The notes beneath the pieces are model-generated. The model searched no databases and was not told the DNA's origin. It saw only the letters and a list, made by a program, of their open reading frames with translations. Position numbers and translations under genes: made by a program. Positions 14,101 to 29,799 of a DNA stretch of 64,000 nucleotides are shown here, piece by piece. The stretch lies in the NCBI RefSeq assembly GCF_009914755.1, contig NC_060941.1; one strand, 5' to 3'. Origin of the DNA: the human T2T-CHM13v2.0 reference genome, Homo sapiens. Every line of letters begins with the position of its first letter. Within the stretch, counting starts at the first letter, position 1.

Positions 14101-15376
14101 CTACTGCCCCTGATAGGGTGGCCAACAACCACTGCCTTGCAAAGCGGCCGACTGAGGATGCCATACCTGCAGGTCACCTTGGGAAATTACCTGTCTCATC
14201 TGTGGTTTTCTTGTCTGCGGAATGGGCATCGTTTTTCACACGTTATTGCAGGTGGTGAGGACTACATGAGATTACACGAACGCGGCTGCTTTACAGACAC
14301 AGCTCTCTTAGCTTCCTTCCATGCAAGACTGGAGCAAAGGATCTGAGCTGGGTGCAGATGGGGTTTTTCCCCCTCATCTTCTGAAGATGGAAATGTGGAC
14401 AGACACTTTGCTAACTCTTTATTTTACCCCTTTGAGTGCTGCCAAAGCCAGTGTTTAGCATTGCGAAAGAAACCACACGGGGCTAGTTTGCTGCGGGAGT
14501 TATAAATCTCTCTTGGAACAGATTTGAAAACTGGTGACACAGAACAATTGCCCCTGGGGTCAGCAGCTGGGCCATTTGGGGGCCAGACACCACCTTTAGG
14601 ATTCCCGGTGACGCCTCCCCTCCCATCCTGGTTCCAGGTTCTGCCACCAAGGGCAGGAGAATGCTGAGGAGCATTTCTGGAACCTCTAGACTTCCGACTC
14701 CCCCGCTCTGAAGGTGCACTTTGAGGAGGGCTGGACAGTGGAGGCTCCACCTAAGTGGTCCTCTGAGGCCTGAGGTCGGGTGAATTCTGGAGTCTCCAGA
14801 CCTTACCCAAGAGCCCCTGTCTGTCCTCTTTCCCCATTAGTGTCCCCAGCGGGCCTTCCTGTCCACTGCCGCGGCTCCGTGGAGACCCACCCGGCCATCT
14901 CCAACCACATTGCTCCTGCTCCAACCCCAAAGCCCAAGCCCTCCTCCCCTCCCAGCCATGGGTGCTGACACCCCCACACTGTTCCTTCTAGCCTGAACCC
15001 TGGCACTTGCCTTTCTTTGGGGCCTCAGCTCTAATCAGGTGCAAGCTTTGCTAATCCTTCCTATGAGTGACCTCTTGTGCTCCTCCTCCCTCCTTCCTCC
15101 CTCCTCCATCTGAGATTCTGCATCAGCTCCATCCTAATCTCTAACTGGCCTCTGGATGAAGGAGCCCAGGTGAGCCCCTCCATTTGCTGACCTCCCCCTC
15201 CCCGCTGTGGGCCCTGCAACCTCCTTGAGCTGGTCCCCACCCACCCACATCTTCTTCTTCACACTCCCCAGCACTCAGCACACCCCAGCCAAAGCCACGT
15301 TGTCACTAAGCCAGACCATGTCACACCCAGCCCAGGCTCCTGCCTTTTGGGTGTAATTTCACAGTTGACATCCTCT

Positions 15377-15420
15377 GCTTTATTTCGAGCCGAGCTGAGC
15401 TTTATTTCGAGCTGAGCTGC
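15377..15420. repeat. 22-bp tandem duplication
   Basis: gctttatttcgagccgagctga / gctttatttcgagctgagctgc. Confidence 0.85.
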
Positions 15421-15839
15421 CCCTTCAGCTCTCAGCCAGTTTCCTGCATTTGCAGCCCTGGCTTCTGGGTACCTCACCAACCTGCCACACTCCCTGGGCC
15501 GTCCGCAAGAACCCAGCCCCGTGCCCCCTTCCTGGAATTCCTCAGGAGCATGGAGTCTGTTTCACATCGGCCACTTTCTGGCGTGTCTTAGACCAGCCGC
15601 CTGATTCCCTTTCCCGGACGGCGAGCGCCAGGAATGTGCCATCCGCATTCCACTTTATCTTGTATCTCCCTGGGCTCCCAGCCCCGCGCCGGGCGAAGAG
15701 CCGGCACTCAATCAACGCCTGCCTAATGAATTGGCTGAATAAATTAATTTGGGGTTCATTTTCCCGGCCCCCTGCTTGGATGGGGAGGCTGCCTCCCTGA
15801 CCTGTGGGGTGAGGCCCCTGAGGGCGGGACAGGACTGTG

Positions 15840-16180
15840 CACTGCCTAGTACATTAAACCGGGTCTCAGATTCCATTAAATCGAGGGGGAGGGAGTGCCT
15901 GCCGAGGAGGCTCACCCCAGAGGCCCTGCACGCGGCTCGGGCTGTTTAAGGAGGTTAAAACGAGAGGAGAAGGCTCTACAGCTAATTGTCCTTGTGCGTT
16001 AATCACAGTGTGCTGCGGGGGCGCCTGTTAGAATGTGTTAATTTGGTAATTACCGAGGAGGGGGAGGCTGCTCTGTAACCCTCGGCCTTTGTCATTATTT
16101 TTTAACTGAAATATGAAATGGAAATGGAAAGAGTGAGAAATTCCAGCCAGGATTTAAACCCAGATAGTGGAAATTCCCAT
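15840..16180. promoter_or_regulatory. Candidate conserved enhancer
   Basis: CpG-retaining unique DNA; GCTAATTG 15981, TTAATTTGGTAATTA 16038, CCTTTGT, GGAAATTCCC 16169. Confidence 0.5.
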
Positions 16181-17569
16181 CAGTTCACGTCCTCCTCTGC
16201 CGCTGCTGGAATGCCCCACGCAGGTGTCTCGTCTTCGTTTCTGCCCAGCCTAGATGTCTTTGCCCCCTTTTGAGCTTCCGGGTCCCAACACTGAGAGGGG
16301 CTCTGTCACCTTCTGTTTCTTGGAGAGACAGGAATGGCGGCCACACTTTATGACAGATATCATAATAGCCCAAAGATTCCAGACCCCGGGGCTCAAGCCC
16401 TCCTCCTTGCAGGTCTGGCCTGTATCCCCCACGGCCTTCGTTAATGGGCTGGGGGCTCCCCACTCCCCCAGATGGAATCTTCTCATCTCCCTGCTCAGGC
16501 AAGGCTTCTTTTTGCCTGTTGCACTAACTATGGTCCTTGATTTCATCTCTCTCCTCCCTGTTTCCCCACCCCAATCACAGCTCAGATACCAAGTATGCTG
16601 GGAACAACCAAGACCCAGGGGGCCGCTTGCTGCTAGCTTATTGTTTGCGGAGTCTTAAATGTGCATAACAGCTGTGCACAGTGTTGCAGAGCCATGCACG
16701 AAGCGGACATTGCAACCAACCAGGACTGGGAATTCCATCTTCTCTGCTTTCAAGAGCTCAGGCCTGATTGGTGGTCCTACCTCCCAACTATCTCTGGAAT
16801 CTCTGCTTTTCTCCTAATTCCATTGCTGCAAAGAGTCTAGATGAAGACTTTGAACTTTTGCCTGGACACCTCCAGTATCCTGATGAAGTCGTTCCCTTCA
16901 GCCAGGCTCTGTTTCCTCTGAGCCTGGGTGGAAACAAACAGAGCCTGGTCACCCAAGGACATGAGTATTGGGAACACGGACTCGGATGAAAATCCCAAAA
17001 AAAGCCAAAGTCCTCCCAGCGGCCCTCATCCTCAGTGATCAGGCCCCGTTGCTGCTCGGACCTCTCTCTCTCTGCTCCGGCCCCGCTGCCTGCTCTGCTG
17101 CACTGGGCTTGTGGGGCTGGGGTGGCTCTGGACACTGGGATATTTTTATTTAACTCCCAAGGCAATTCTAACGTGCAGCCGGGTGGACAGCCAGGATCTC
17201 CAGGAGAAGTTCACGTCCTTCTCTGCCGCATCTCTAACCCGGCCTGGGTCTATGGCCCCGGCTCCTCTCCCTCCCCTCCCCATCTTCTTCTCTCCTCCCA
17301 GCCCCCCACGCTTAAATCACATCAAACCTCAGCCCGTTCTCTTTTCACCCCTCTGTGCCTTTGCACTTGCAATCGTTCCTGCAGAAAAGAACCTCTGTTA
17401 ATGTTTTGGGATTTCCTCCAGTCTGGGCAGCCTCCCGTCATCTCCTCAGTGGACACGTATCGACCCCTTCTCGTTCACTGTCTTACTTCATCTTTCAGCT
17501 CCACAGAGCAGACTGTGTTTATCTCTAATAGTCCTCGTTCTGCTGCATTTTAATCATTTGTTTACCGGC

Positions 17570-17700
17570 TCTAAATGTGGAAATACAGGGGCTTTGGTGC
17601 CAGCAGACCTGGGTTGGAAGGCTAAGTTCCGCCACTTATATTCTGTGGCTTTGCGTAAGTCACAAAACAGCTCTGAGCCTCAGTTTCCTCATCTGTAAAC
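17570..17700 (+). mobile_element. MIR
   Basis: ctctgagcctcagtttcctcatctgtaaa. Confidence 0.8.
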
Positions 17701-17818
17701 CACAAGCCTTCACTCAACCCATTTTTTATTGAGCACCTACTAAGTACCATGCAGGTCAGACCCATCTTCTCATTTAACCTTTGCAGCACCCCTGTGAGCT
17801 AACACATGGCATTTATGA

Positions 17819-18652
<834 letters not shown>

Positions 18653-19232
18653 TAGCACCTGCCGAGCACTGAGAACAAGGAAGCCCTCAGTGCACGTTAG
18701 CTGTCATTGTCATCACTGTCTTCTCATCACCTGCCAGGTGGAGAAATGGCTCTTACACCTTCAGTCTTGTAGGATTGTTCAGAAGATTAAATGAGATAAT
18801 AGAGTAAACTGCAGCATACAATAAATTTCTTAATAAATGTCCCTTTCCTTCCTTCCTTTTCCCCTGACCCCACTACCTCCTTTAGGGACTCTGTTCCTTG
18901 GACAATGATTGCTTCCTTTATGCTCTGGAGTCCAGCAGAGACTGACACACAGTTGGGGCTAAACACGTCTGAGGGTGATGAAACTCCCATTTCTGACGCC
19001 GTCAACTTGTTTTCTGTAATGTTAGCCCTGCCATATTCCAGCTCGACAGAGCTTGGGCAGCCCGAGGTGGTGACTGTATTTGGCCATCAGCCATGTCCCT
19101 TGCAGGGCCAGTCTCTGAGGTGCCATGAGACCTTCTGTGCCTGGCAAGCCGGGGCACTTCGGAGAATGGCAGCTGCCTGGTTTCTCAGGGGAGCAACTAC
19201 ATTCCTAAGTCGCTTGGGGATCGCTTGACTTC

Positions 19233-19540
19233 CCTCATTCATTCACCCATCCTTCCATCCATCTATTCCTTCATCCAGCAAATTGGACCCCTTCCGTGTG
19301 CCAGACACTGTTCTGAGCAGAAGCACCTGCCCTTGAGGAAGTGACACTCCAGTGGGGAGAGACAAGTAAGCTCACAAAGATCTATCTGCAAAATCAAATT
19401 CCAGGTAGTGATCAGTGCCACGAACAAAAATAAAAATGAATAAAGAGATGTAAAATGATTTCCTTCCCCAAGGGCAGAGGATTCTTTCTAGCAGGTTATT
19501 TGGAAAAGTTCCCTCTGAAGAGGTGACATTTGATCATTGT
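19233..19540 (-). mobile_element. L2 3' fragment
   Basis: cattcattca...gtgccagacactgttct...gaggtgacatttga. Confidence 0.75.
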
Positions 19541-19644
19541 TAAAGTCACATGCATCATTGTGAACATTTCACAAAACACAGAAGAACCTAATGCTTTCGC
19601 ACAAACCATCATCTAGAAATCACACCATCTCAACATCTTGTCGT

Positions 19645-19777
19645 TTAAAAATTGATATATAATAATGGTACATATTTCTGGGGTCCCTGTGATATTTTGA
19701 TACATGCAGACAATGTGTAATGATCAAATCAGGGTAATTAGGCTATCCATCACTTCAAACATGTATCATTTCTTTGC
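19645..19777 (-). mobile_element. L1MA 3' end fragment
   Basis: gatattttgatacatgc...atgatcaaatcagggtaatt. Confidence 0.85.
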
Positions 19778-20407
19778 CAATGCCTTGTCTTTTGTCGTCT
19801 TAAAGTACAGATTTGCATCATGCTTTTTAAAATTTAACATTACACTATAATTATTTTGTAGCTGTGTTTATGTTTTTCTGTTTTCAAGTATCAATATATA
19901 GTATGGATTTTTAAAAAATTGGTACTGTAAATGTACATGAAGTTTTTCTGTCTTTACAAAAGAAGTGCATATTGTTGTATGAATTCTAGAAAATCAAGAT
20001 AAGGAAGAAAATTAAAATCCTTCATAATCCTACTCATTGAGCATACTGGTCTATGTCTTTCCCATTTTTTCCTTCCTTATAAACATGGAAAGACATCATA
20101 CCTAGAGCATGTTCAGTTTGTGTCTGGCTTTTTCATAATCATACTTTAAAACTGGAAAGCTGGTGTGTGCAAGTGGCAGGGGGAGCTTACCTCACAGGAC
20201 ACAGCAGCAGAACCCATGGGCTTTGGCCCACTCTGCCCCTGACTTTAATGTTGCCAAGTCATTTAATCTCTGAGTCCCGGGTTTCCCGTGTGCAAGAGGG
20301 AGTCATAAGTCCTCTCTGGACCTCAGGCCTGGGCTAAGAACCAGAGGGCAGAGAGTGGCCCTACAAGGTCTCAAGGAGGAGGGATGCCTCTCTGTGACCT
20401 TGCCCTA

Positions 20408-21120
<713 letters not shown>

Positions 21121-21556
21121 CTACATGTTCTTCTTTAACCCTTGCAGCATCTCTTTGAAGTTGGCATTACTCAGCCCATGGGACAGATGAGGAAACCACC
21201 TCAGCCAGCCTAGGAAACCTGTCCTGAGTCCCACAGTTCAGGAGCGATGTGGGGATTTGCACCAGGATCCACATGGCCCGAGGCCATGCTCTGAACTGTT
21301 CAGCTGTAGAGGATAAACTGTCCTGGCGTCTCTATGAAGCGGTGCAGTGGGCAAGCTGCCCAGAGCGTCCTGGGAAGAGCACATTTTGTTTGCTGTGAAA
21401 CTACTCAAGTTAAATTGTGAGAGAGAATCCACTAAATGAGTCCTAACATTTCCTTCTCTCCGAGTTGACACTGGGCCCTCCTGGAAACAGAATTCAATGC
21501 CAGAAAGCTGTCAGCCAGAACGATGCATCGGTTCCCCTCAGTCCCCCTCCGCTTAA

Positions 21557-21686
21557 CCCATGTATGCCTGAGGTTGCAATTTTTTGAATTTTTGCAATCA
21601 GACCTTGGTGCTGACCTTGAGCAGTAGGCTGTAAATAACTCCCCCATGCTTAGCGTTCCAATAATGGAACAGTAGGCATAAACAGA
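21557..21686. mobile_element. MER85 non-autonomous piggyBac (PGBD3-family MITE)
   Basis: TTAA at 21553-21556 followed by cccatgtatgcctgaggttgcaattttttgaatttttgcaatcagaccttgg...gttccaataatggaac-agt-aggcataaa; right TIR degraded. Confidence 0.9.
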
Positions 21687-21789
21687 CCCAGGGACTGACA
21701 CATGTAGCCGGGGACTGAGAAGCCCTGATTGAGACAGGGAGCGCATGTCTCTGATGAACCCGAGCTTATTCATTTAGAAAAAAATTAGA

Positions 21790-22133
<344 letters not shown>

Positions 22134-22407
22134 TCAAAATATAACAAATAAATTAGTGACAAAAAATGATTTAAGAGTACCTCTCCCTCTCGCCCCAGGC
22201 CCCCAAGTCCTCCTTCTCAGAAGCAACTGTTGAGAATTTCTAGTGTATCCTTCCAGAAGTTCCTTGTGTACATGTGCTCATATATGTTTGTGTATCTTTA
22301 TACACCACTCTGCATCCTTTGCAAATAACCTGTCTGATCTCTTTTAATATCAGCGCATTTGCATCTGCCTCAGTCGTTTTATTGGTTGCATTATTCCACT
22401 GCCTTGA

Positions 22408-23281
<874 letters not shown>

Positions 23282-23349
23282 AACTCATATCCAAATATAC
23301 CTAAAAGCCACAGCAGATTTTATTAGTGCTCTGCAAGTCCTAACAAATG

Positions 23350-23620
23350 TGGAGTCTCGCTCTATCACCCAAGCTGGAGTGCAGTAGCATGATCTCTGCT
23401 CACTGCAACCTCCACCTTCCGGGTTCAAGCAATTCTCTGCCTCAGCTTCCTGAGTACCTGAGATTACAGGTGCCGGTCCACCACGTCCAGCTAAATTTTG
23501 TATTTTTAGTAGAGACAGGGTTTCACTTGTCCGGGTTGGTCTTGAACTCCTGACCTCATGATCCACCTGCCTCGGCTTCCCAAAGTGCTGGGATTACAGG
23601 CTTGAGCCACTGGGCCCAGT
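23350..23620 (-). mobile_element. Alu SINE lacking its A-tail
   Basis: Reverse Alu starting directly at ggagtctcgc. Confidence 0.93.
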
Positions 23621-23624
23621 TGAC

Positions 23625-23790
23625 AATAGAATCCTCTATGTAGAATATCCAGTAGACTCAACTGACAAATTATTAGAACTAGTAGGAGAATTCAGCAAGA
23701 TGACTAGATAGAAGCTCAACATAAACAGAATCAATTGTTTTCACACACTCCAGCAATAACTAATCAGAAAATGTAATAGGAAAGAAAAAG
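23625..23790 (+). mobile_element. L1M ORF2 fragment
   Basis: attattagaactagtaggagaattcagcaag. Confidence 0.7.
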
Positions 23791-23822
23791 AAGTGAAATT
23801 TCGGGGCCAAAATGTCCTCTAA

Positions 23823-24007
23823 AGCAGTGGTTCTCGAACTTCAGCCTATATCAGAATTACCTGGAGGGCTTGTTAGAATGCATATTCCTGGGCCCCACCT
23901 GCAGTTTCCAACCAGCAGGTCCTGACTGGTGCCTGGGAATCTGTATTTTTTTCAAGCTCTGGGTGAGGCTGATGCTGCTGGTCTTTAAACCCTGCTTTGA
24001 GTAGCAA
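23823..24007. mobile_element. MER5A hAT element
   Basis: cagtggttctc...tcagaattacctggagggcttgtt...ctttgagtagca. Confidence 0.85.
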
Positions 24008-24499
24008 GGATCTAAAGATATTATTCCTGTTTCCACTGCGCCTATTCCCAAAAAGCCTTTGCTGTTTTCCCAGTTGGATGGGTGAAAAATCTTATTTTGT
24101 GGTTGTAATTTGCATTTCTTTAATTATGAATGAGGCTGAGGCTCTGCCCACATGCTTGGCCTTGGCCTTGATTTTCATACCACCAGATGTTAAAGGGACA
24201 GCTATGGGTTGAGGTGAACTCACATGACCAGATGGCAGCGCCATCCCCCATTGGATTCTGCCCACCTCTGCAGCTATGAATTCCCATTTATAGTGAGAAG
24301 AGACCTTGAAGGCCCCACAGGACAGTCCCTGCCTCCAGGAAGACTCTGTTCCATCCATCCAACCGGGAGCCGGGAGCCAGTACTCACAGCCCACGTAAGA
24401 GCATTTTCCAACATTGAACTACCTTTTTGGTGGAAAGAGCAAAGAATTTGAAAGCAGAAAACCTACTATCTCAAGCCACAACTTCACTAAAAATGCAAA

Positions 24500-24990
24500 G
24501 TGACGCCAGATGGGCAAGTAAGTTGAATTGCAGCAGTGCTAGCATCTCAGGCAAGGGCTTTATTACGTATTTAAAGCAATGCTTTGACACTCGGGAAATA
24601 GCAAGATGGATCGGAGGAAGCTAGAGAGCCGCCCTGTGTGAGGTGAGCGTTTTCATGCCATTTAAATTGCGCAATTTTAGCAATGCATCCTGGCATGTTT
24701 GTTAATAAAGACACAGAGCCGAGGCAACACATAGTGTTTTTGTTTCAGCCCATTGTCTATCTCCAGAGAAATGTTATTGGAATCATATTGCATTTTCAGG
24801 TCCGATGAAGCTGCAGTAATATAAGCATTTTATGCAAATGTGTTGTGGTGGAAAGAATGGCATGTCATGTGCCATAAATCTTAAGGTAACCGCAGCCCTT
24901 GTTACTCCTCAGTTTTAACACATCCTGATAGGAGGCAATTATTTCGGACCAACAAACTGCCTTTCATAGAAGTTTGTCTCTGCTTGAAGC
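24500..24990. promoter_or_regulatory. Candidate conserved enhancer
   Basis: Palindromic AAATTGCGCAATTT 24664 (C/EBP), octamer ATGCAAAT 24832, CATTGT 24751, CCATAAA 24872, TTTATTA. Confidence 0.5.
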
Positions 24991-25099
24991 TAGAGCCTGT
25001 TTACTAGTATAGATTTATGAGGTCTGATGACAGGCCAGCCCAGGTGGCCATGAGCATGGCCATGGAAGGAGATGAAGGCTTGCCCATTCACCATTCACA

Positions 25100-25740
25100 T
25101 ATGCATCCCTCTCTCCCTCCATCCCTTCATCCCTCCATCCATCACTCCATGCCTCCACCTCTCCATCCTTCTATCCCTCCATTCACCCATCTATCTGTGC
25201 ATACATTCTTCCATCCATGAATCCCTCTATGCTTCCTCCATCTATCCATCCATCCCTCTATTCCTCCTTCTGTCGCCCCATCCATCCACTCTCCATCTCT
25301 CTATTCCTCCATTCACCCATCTATCTGTCCATACATTCTTGCATTCATACAGCCCTCCAACCCTTCCTCCATCTATCCATCCATCCCTTCATCTGTCGCC
25401 CCATCCCTCCACCTCTCCATCCTTCTATCCCTCCATTCACCCATCTATCTGTCCATACATTCTTCCATCCATGCATCCCTCTATGCTTCCTCCATCTATC
25501 CATCCATCCCTCTATTCCTCCATCCGTTGCCCTATCCCTCCACCTATCCATCACTTTATCCCTTCATTCACCCATCTATCTGCCCATATGTTCTTCCATC
25601 CATGCATCCCTCCATCCCTTCCTCCATCTATCTATCCCATCCATCCATCCATCCATCCATCCATCCATCCATCCATCCACACATTCTTCTCTCCTTCCAT
25701 CTACCTATCTATTCTTCCACCCATCCCTCCATCCACCCAT
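25100..25740. repeat. (CCAT)n-rich higher-order tandem repeat
   Basis: About 4 diverged ~120-135 bp units each carrying cattcacccatctatctg, plus a pure (CCAT)n run. Confidence 0.88.
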
Positions 25741-25759
25741 CTCTTTGTCCTTCTGGGAG

Positions 25760-26420
25760 TTAGAATCAAGTCATGGAAAAAAGGGCTCTGGCCTAAAGCT
25801 CCAGTGCTAGAGCAGCTGAGATAGAGTCTTAGCTCTTTCACTTACCACCTGGGTGATTTGGGGCAGAGGTCTTAACCCCCCTCAGTTTCAGTTTCCTCAT
25901 CAGCAGTTGTCAGAATCAAAACGGAGTCCACGCTCACAAATAAACCTGGAGAAGACCATAAAGAGAGGGTTATTATGCATAAATGCCTGATAACAAAAAC
26001 TGTCCAAAAGACTCTGCAAAATACACAACCTTGTACAAAGGTCATCACAACCTTACACAAAAGATACCTTCTGCATGACACCTGCTCAGAAATCGCCTGT
26101 CCGCTCTGGCATCACCCTTGTTATTGGTCCTTGTAGCTAAGGGTAATCATTTCAGAACAATTATTTAATCCTCCTTATTTTATTTTATTTTCCCTTTAAT
26201 ACTCTTTGCCTTGCTTTACCTCCCTCACATGTACATTGTTTACTACAGCACGCGTCTTCCCATTGCGATGCCCTATTCATGAATGAGTATCTTTTTCTTC
26301 TAGGGAGCTGCTCTCTGTGTGTTATTTACGTTGATGGCATAATAGAGATGACAATGGCTCTTGGGAGGATCAAGTGGGGCAATGCATGTCAAATGCCTAG
26401 CACAGTGCTTAGCGTTCTTC
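25760..26420 (+). mobile_element. MIR interrupted by an LTR
   Basis: cagtttcctcatc before 25908 and gggaggatcaagtgggg...gcctagcacagtgct after 26336. Confidence 0.65.
25908..26336. mobile_element. ERV1-class solo LTR (LTR37-like)
   Basis: tgtcagaatcaaaacggagtc...cccattgcgatgccctattc...gttatttacgttga. Confidence 0.7.
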
Positions 26421-26838
26421 TTTCTCTGTACGCTTACCCATTATAACGTTTGTTCCGCAATTTAACAACAACAAAGCCACTGGGTACCCACTCCTTAGAA
26501 GGCCCAGATGAAAAGAACAGACTGAGAGTAGGGGCAGGAGTGGAACATGCTTGGGGTGTGGGGATGCCCTGCAGATTGGAAAGGGCTCTGCAGGCTCTCG
26601 GAACAGGGTCTGTCTCTGTGCTGTGTCTGTGGCCTTCTCCGTACATTGCCCACAAAGAGTTTGCAGCGATCTTTCAAGGGACCAGTCACTCTCCAGGTCT
26701 CCTCTGTTCTACCCACCAGCATCCTTCACTTGGAGATCTGAGACACCTTCCCGGAGTGTGGAAAAAGAGAAACCACCACTCCAAGTCTGTCTTCTGGTTT
26801 GACCTGGGGCCAGGGCCTTAACCTCTCTCAGTTTCAGT

Positions 26839-27120
<282 letters not shown>

Positions 27121-28604
27121 CAGCTTCCCTAGGGATTTTTCACCCCACCTAGAGATATTTATTGGCCGCTTCATATATGAAGGCAGCAGGGATAACTCAG
27201 AGGTAGACAAGACCAACCCCTCCCTGCCAGGAGCCAGCAGTCCCACGGGAATGGAAGAAGTGGCCCAGGTGACTGTGACCTCTCAGGTGTTTGCGGCGTG
27301 CTGGAGAGGTGGTCGGGGGAGTGGAGCCTTGAAGGAAAGATTGGTTTTGCTTTCTCCTCCCATGACGAAGCAGAGATGCCTGGCGTTCCATGGGCGTGGT
27401 CCCGCCCTGACCTTGTTCCACGTCCCCCTCCGGCTCCACCATCAAAATCAAGGACTGTGGATATTTCACATAAATGGGATCAGGCCACATGTGGCCTTTA
27501 TACCTGGGCTTCCTTCACTGAGCGTGTTTTCAAGGTCCACTGGTGTCGTCGCGTGTGGCCATCGTGTGGATTCGTCACATTGGGTTTATCCATTCATCAG
27601 TTGGGTTCCTTCAACCTTTTGGCTATTTCGAATAGTTGCCATCACTGTTTCTTAAAATGTGACTGATGCTTTGTTGTCTGACTTCTCTGCTGGAACGGAA
27701 GTCTTCAGGGGGCTGGGGGTGGGAGGGGTTGGTTTTATTGCTGTCATATCCCTCAGGCTCATAGGTTGTAACAGGGAGCCCCCAGGGGATGCAGGTGGGC
27801 CGGTGAGAGGAGACACCCCCATCGTCATTGCAGAATGATCTCCTGCCCAGCACACCCCCTGCCGATCCTCCAGCAGCCCCATGCTAAGGAAATAACAGCC
27901 TCCCTACCCACCTCCCCCAGCCTTCCCCTCTGCTCTCTGCTCCCTAGAGTTCCTGGAATAAAGTCAAAGGAGACAGGAACAGGGCAGGTATCCACCTGCT
28001 CACTCTCTCCAATCAACTCTTTAGGGGCTTTTGCTATCAATGCAGCCCTGGAAGGGTATAGATCAATTCCCCTCACCTTTCCACCCTCCCACCCACCCAT
28101 CCACCCACAGAAATCATTGCAGCTGGAAAACTGTTGGATGTGGAGAGTAAATCTGCAAATCTGAGTGATATGGACAAAAAGGCATTTGAAGTTCTTAGGA
28201 GGGGAATCGTGTAGCCTTGAGAGGCGTGAGGTAAAAATGGCTGTGGCTTGGACCCCGTTCCATGTGAGGAAGCCAGGGATCTTTTCTTTAGAAGTCTTGC
28301 TAATGTGGTATTTAAAAAAAAAAAATCAATGCCACATTGCCACGAATGGACGCATCTATTCCAGGTAGAGAAGGCTGTTGTCTGGGAAGCATACAGCAGC
28401 TATTATAAACACTGAAAGTCAGTTGTTTAGCCCCCATTCATGGGCACTCTCTGAGGACCAGGCACATGGGGCTTCTGAGAGCATAAGGGAGCTCTCCATT
28501 TAGGAGGAACCAGGTGATGAGCAAACAGGATCCATTGAGGCTCTGAGATAGACGCTTCCACCTGGCGTCCAACCCATCCCAAGAACTCTGATGAGCAAGT
28601 GCTT

Positions 28605-28898
28605 CCCATTTTGCAGAAAAGGAGACTGAGATTCAGAGTGGAGAAGTGAGCACCAAGCTCATTCAGCCCATTTTACAGACAAGGAGACTGACATTCAGAG
28701 TGGAGAAGTGAGCACCAAGCTCATTCAGCCCATTTTACAGACAAGGAGACTGACATTCAGAGTGGAGAAGTGAGCACCAAGCTCATTCAGCCCATTTTAC
28801 AGACAAGGAGACTGACATTCAGAGTGGAGAAGTGAGCACCAAGCTCATTCAGCCCATTTTACAGACAAGGAGACTGACATTCAGAGTGGAGAAGTGAG
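28605..28898. repeat. 62-bp minisatellite (about 4.7 copies), MIR-derived
   Basis: Unit cccattttacagacaaggagactgacattcagagtggagaagtgagcaccaagctcattcag starting at 28605, 28667, 28729, 28791, 28853. Confidence 0.95.
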
Positions 28899-28959
28899 TG
28901 CTCAGCCCACTCAGGTCTCCAGGGCCAGAGCAGCCAGAATGGGTGCCAAAAAAGAAAAA

Positions 28960-29534
<575 letters not shown>

Positions 29535-29799
29535 CCCTCCAAGAATTCTGAGCTCCGCCTACTACGCCATGTCCTCCCTGGAAGGAAGAGGCAAGATTTT
29601 CCCTTTCCAAGCCCTGAAACAGCTGCACTGACCACTCCCATTCCAGGGACCAGGGTCTGAGACATCTGGGTGGCTGTCTGCCAGGCAGACCCCGTAAAAT
29701 GGGACAGCCCACCCTGCTCCTGCCACGTCAGGCCACTGGGATGGGAAGCTCTAAACAGCCCCCGCCCCCCCAGGCTGCAGCTCGAGGAGGAGCGAAGCC

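Noticed and set aside
25072-25824. 250-aa and 197-aa Pro/Ser/His/Ile ORFs
   Set aside because: Products of the (CCAT)n repeat
28605-28898. Regularly spaced repeats resembling a CRISPR array
   Set aside because: Units are contiguous and identical with no unique spacers, no cas genes, eukaryotic context
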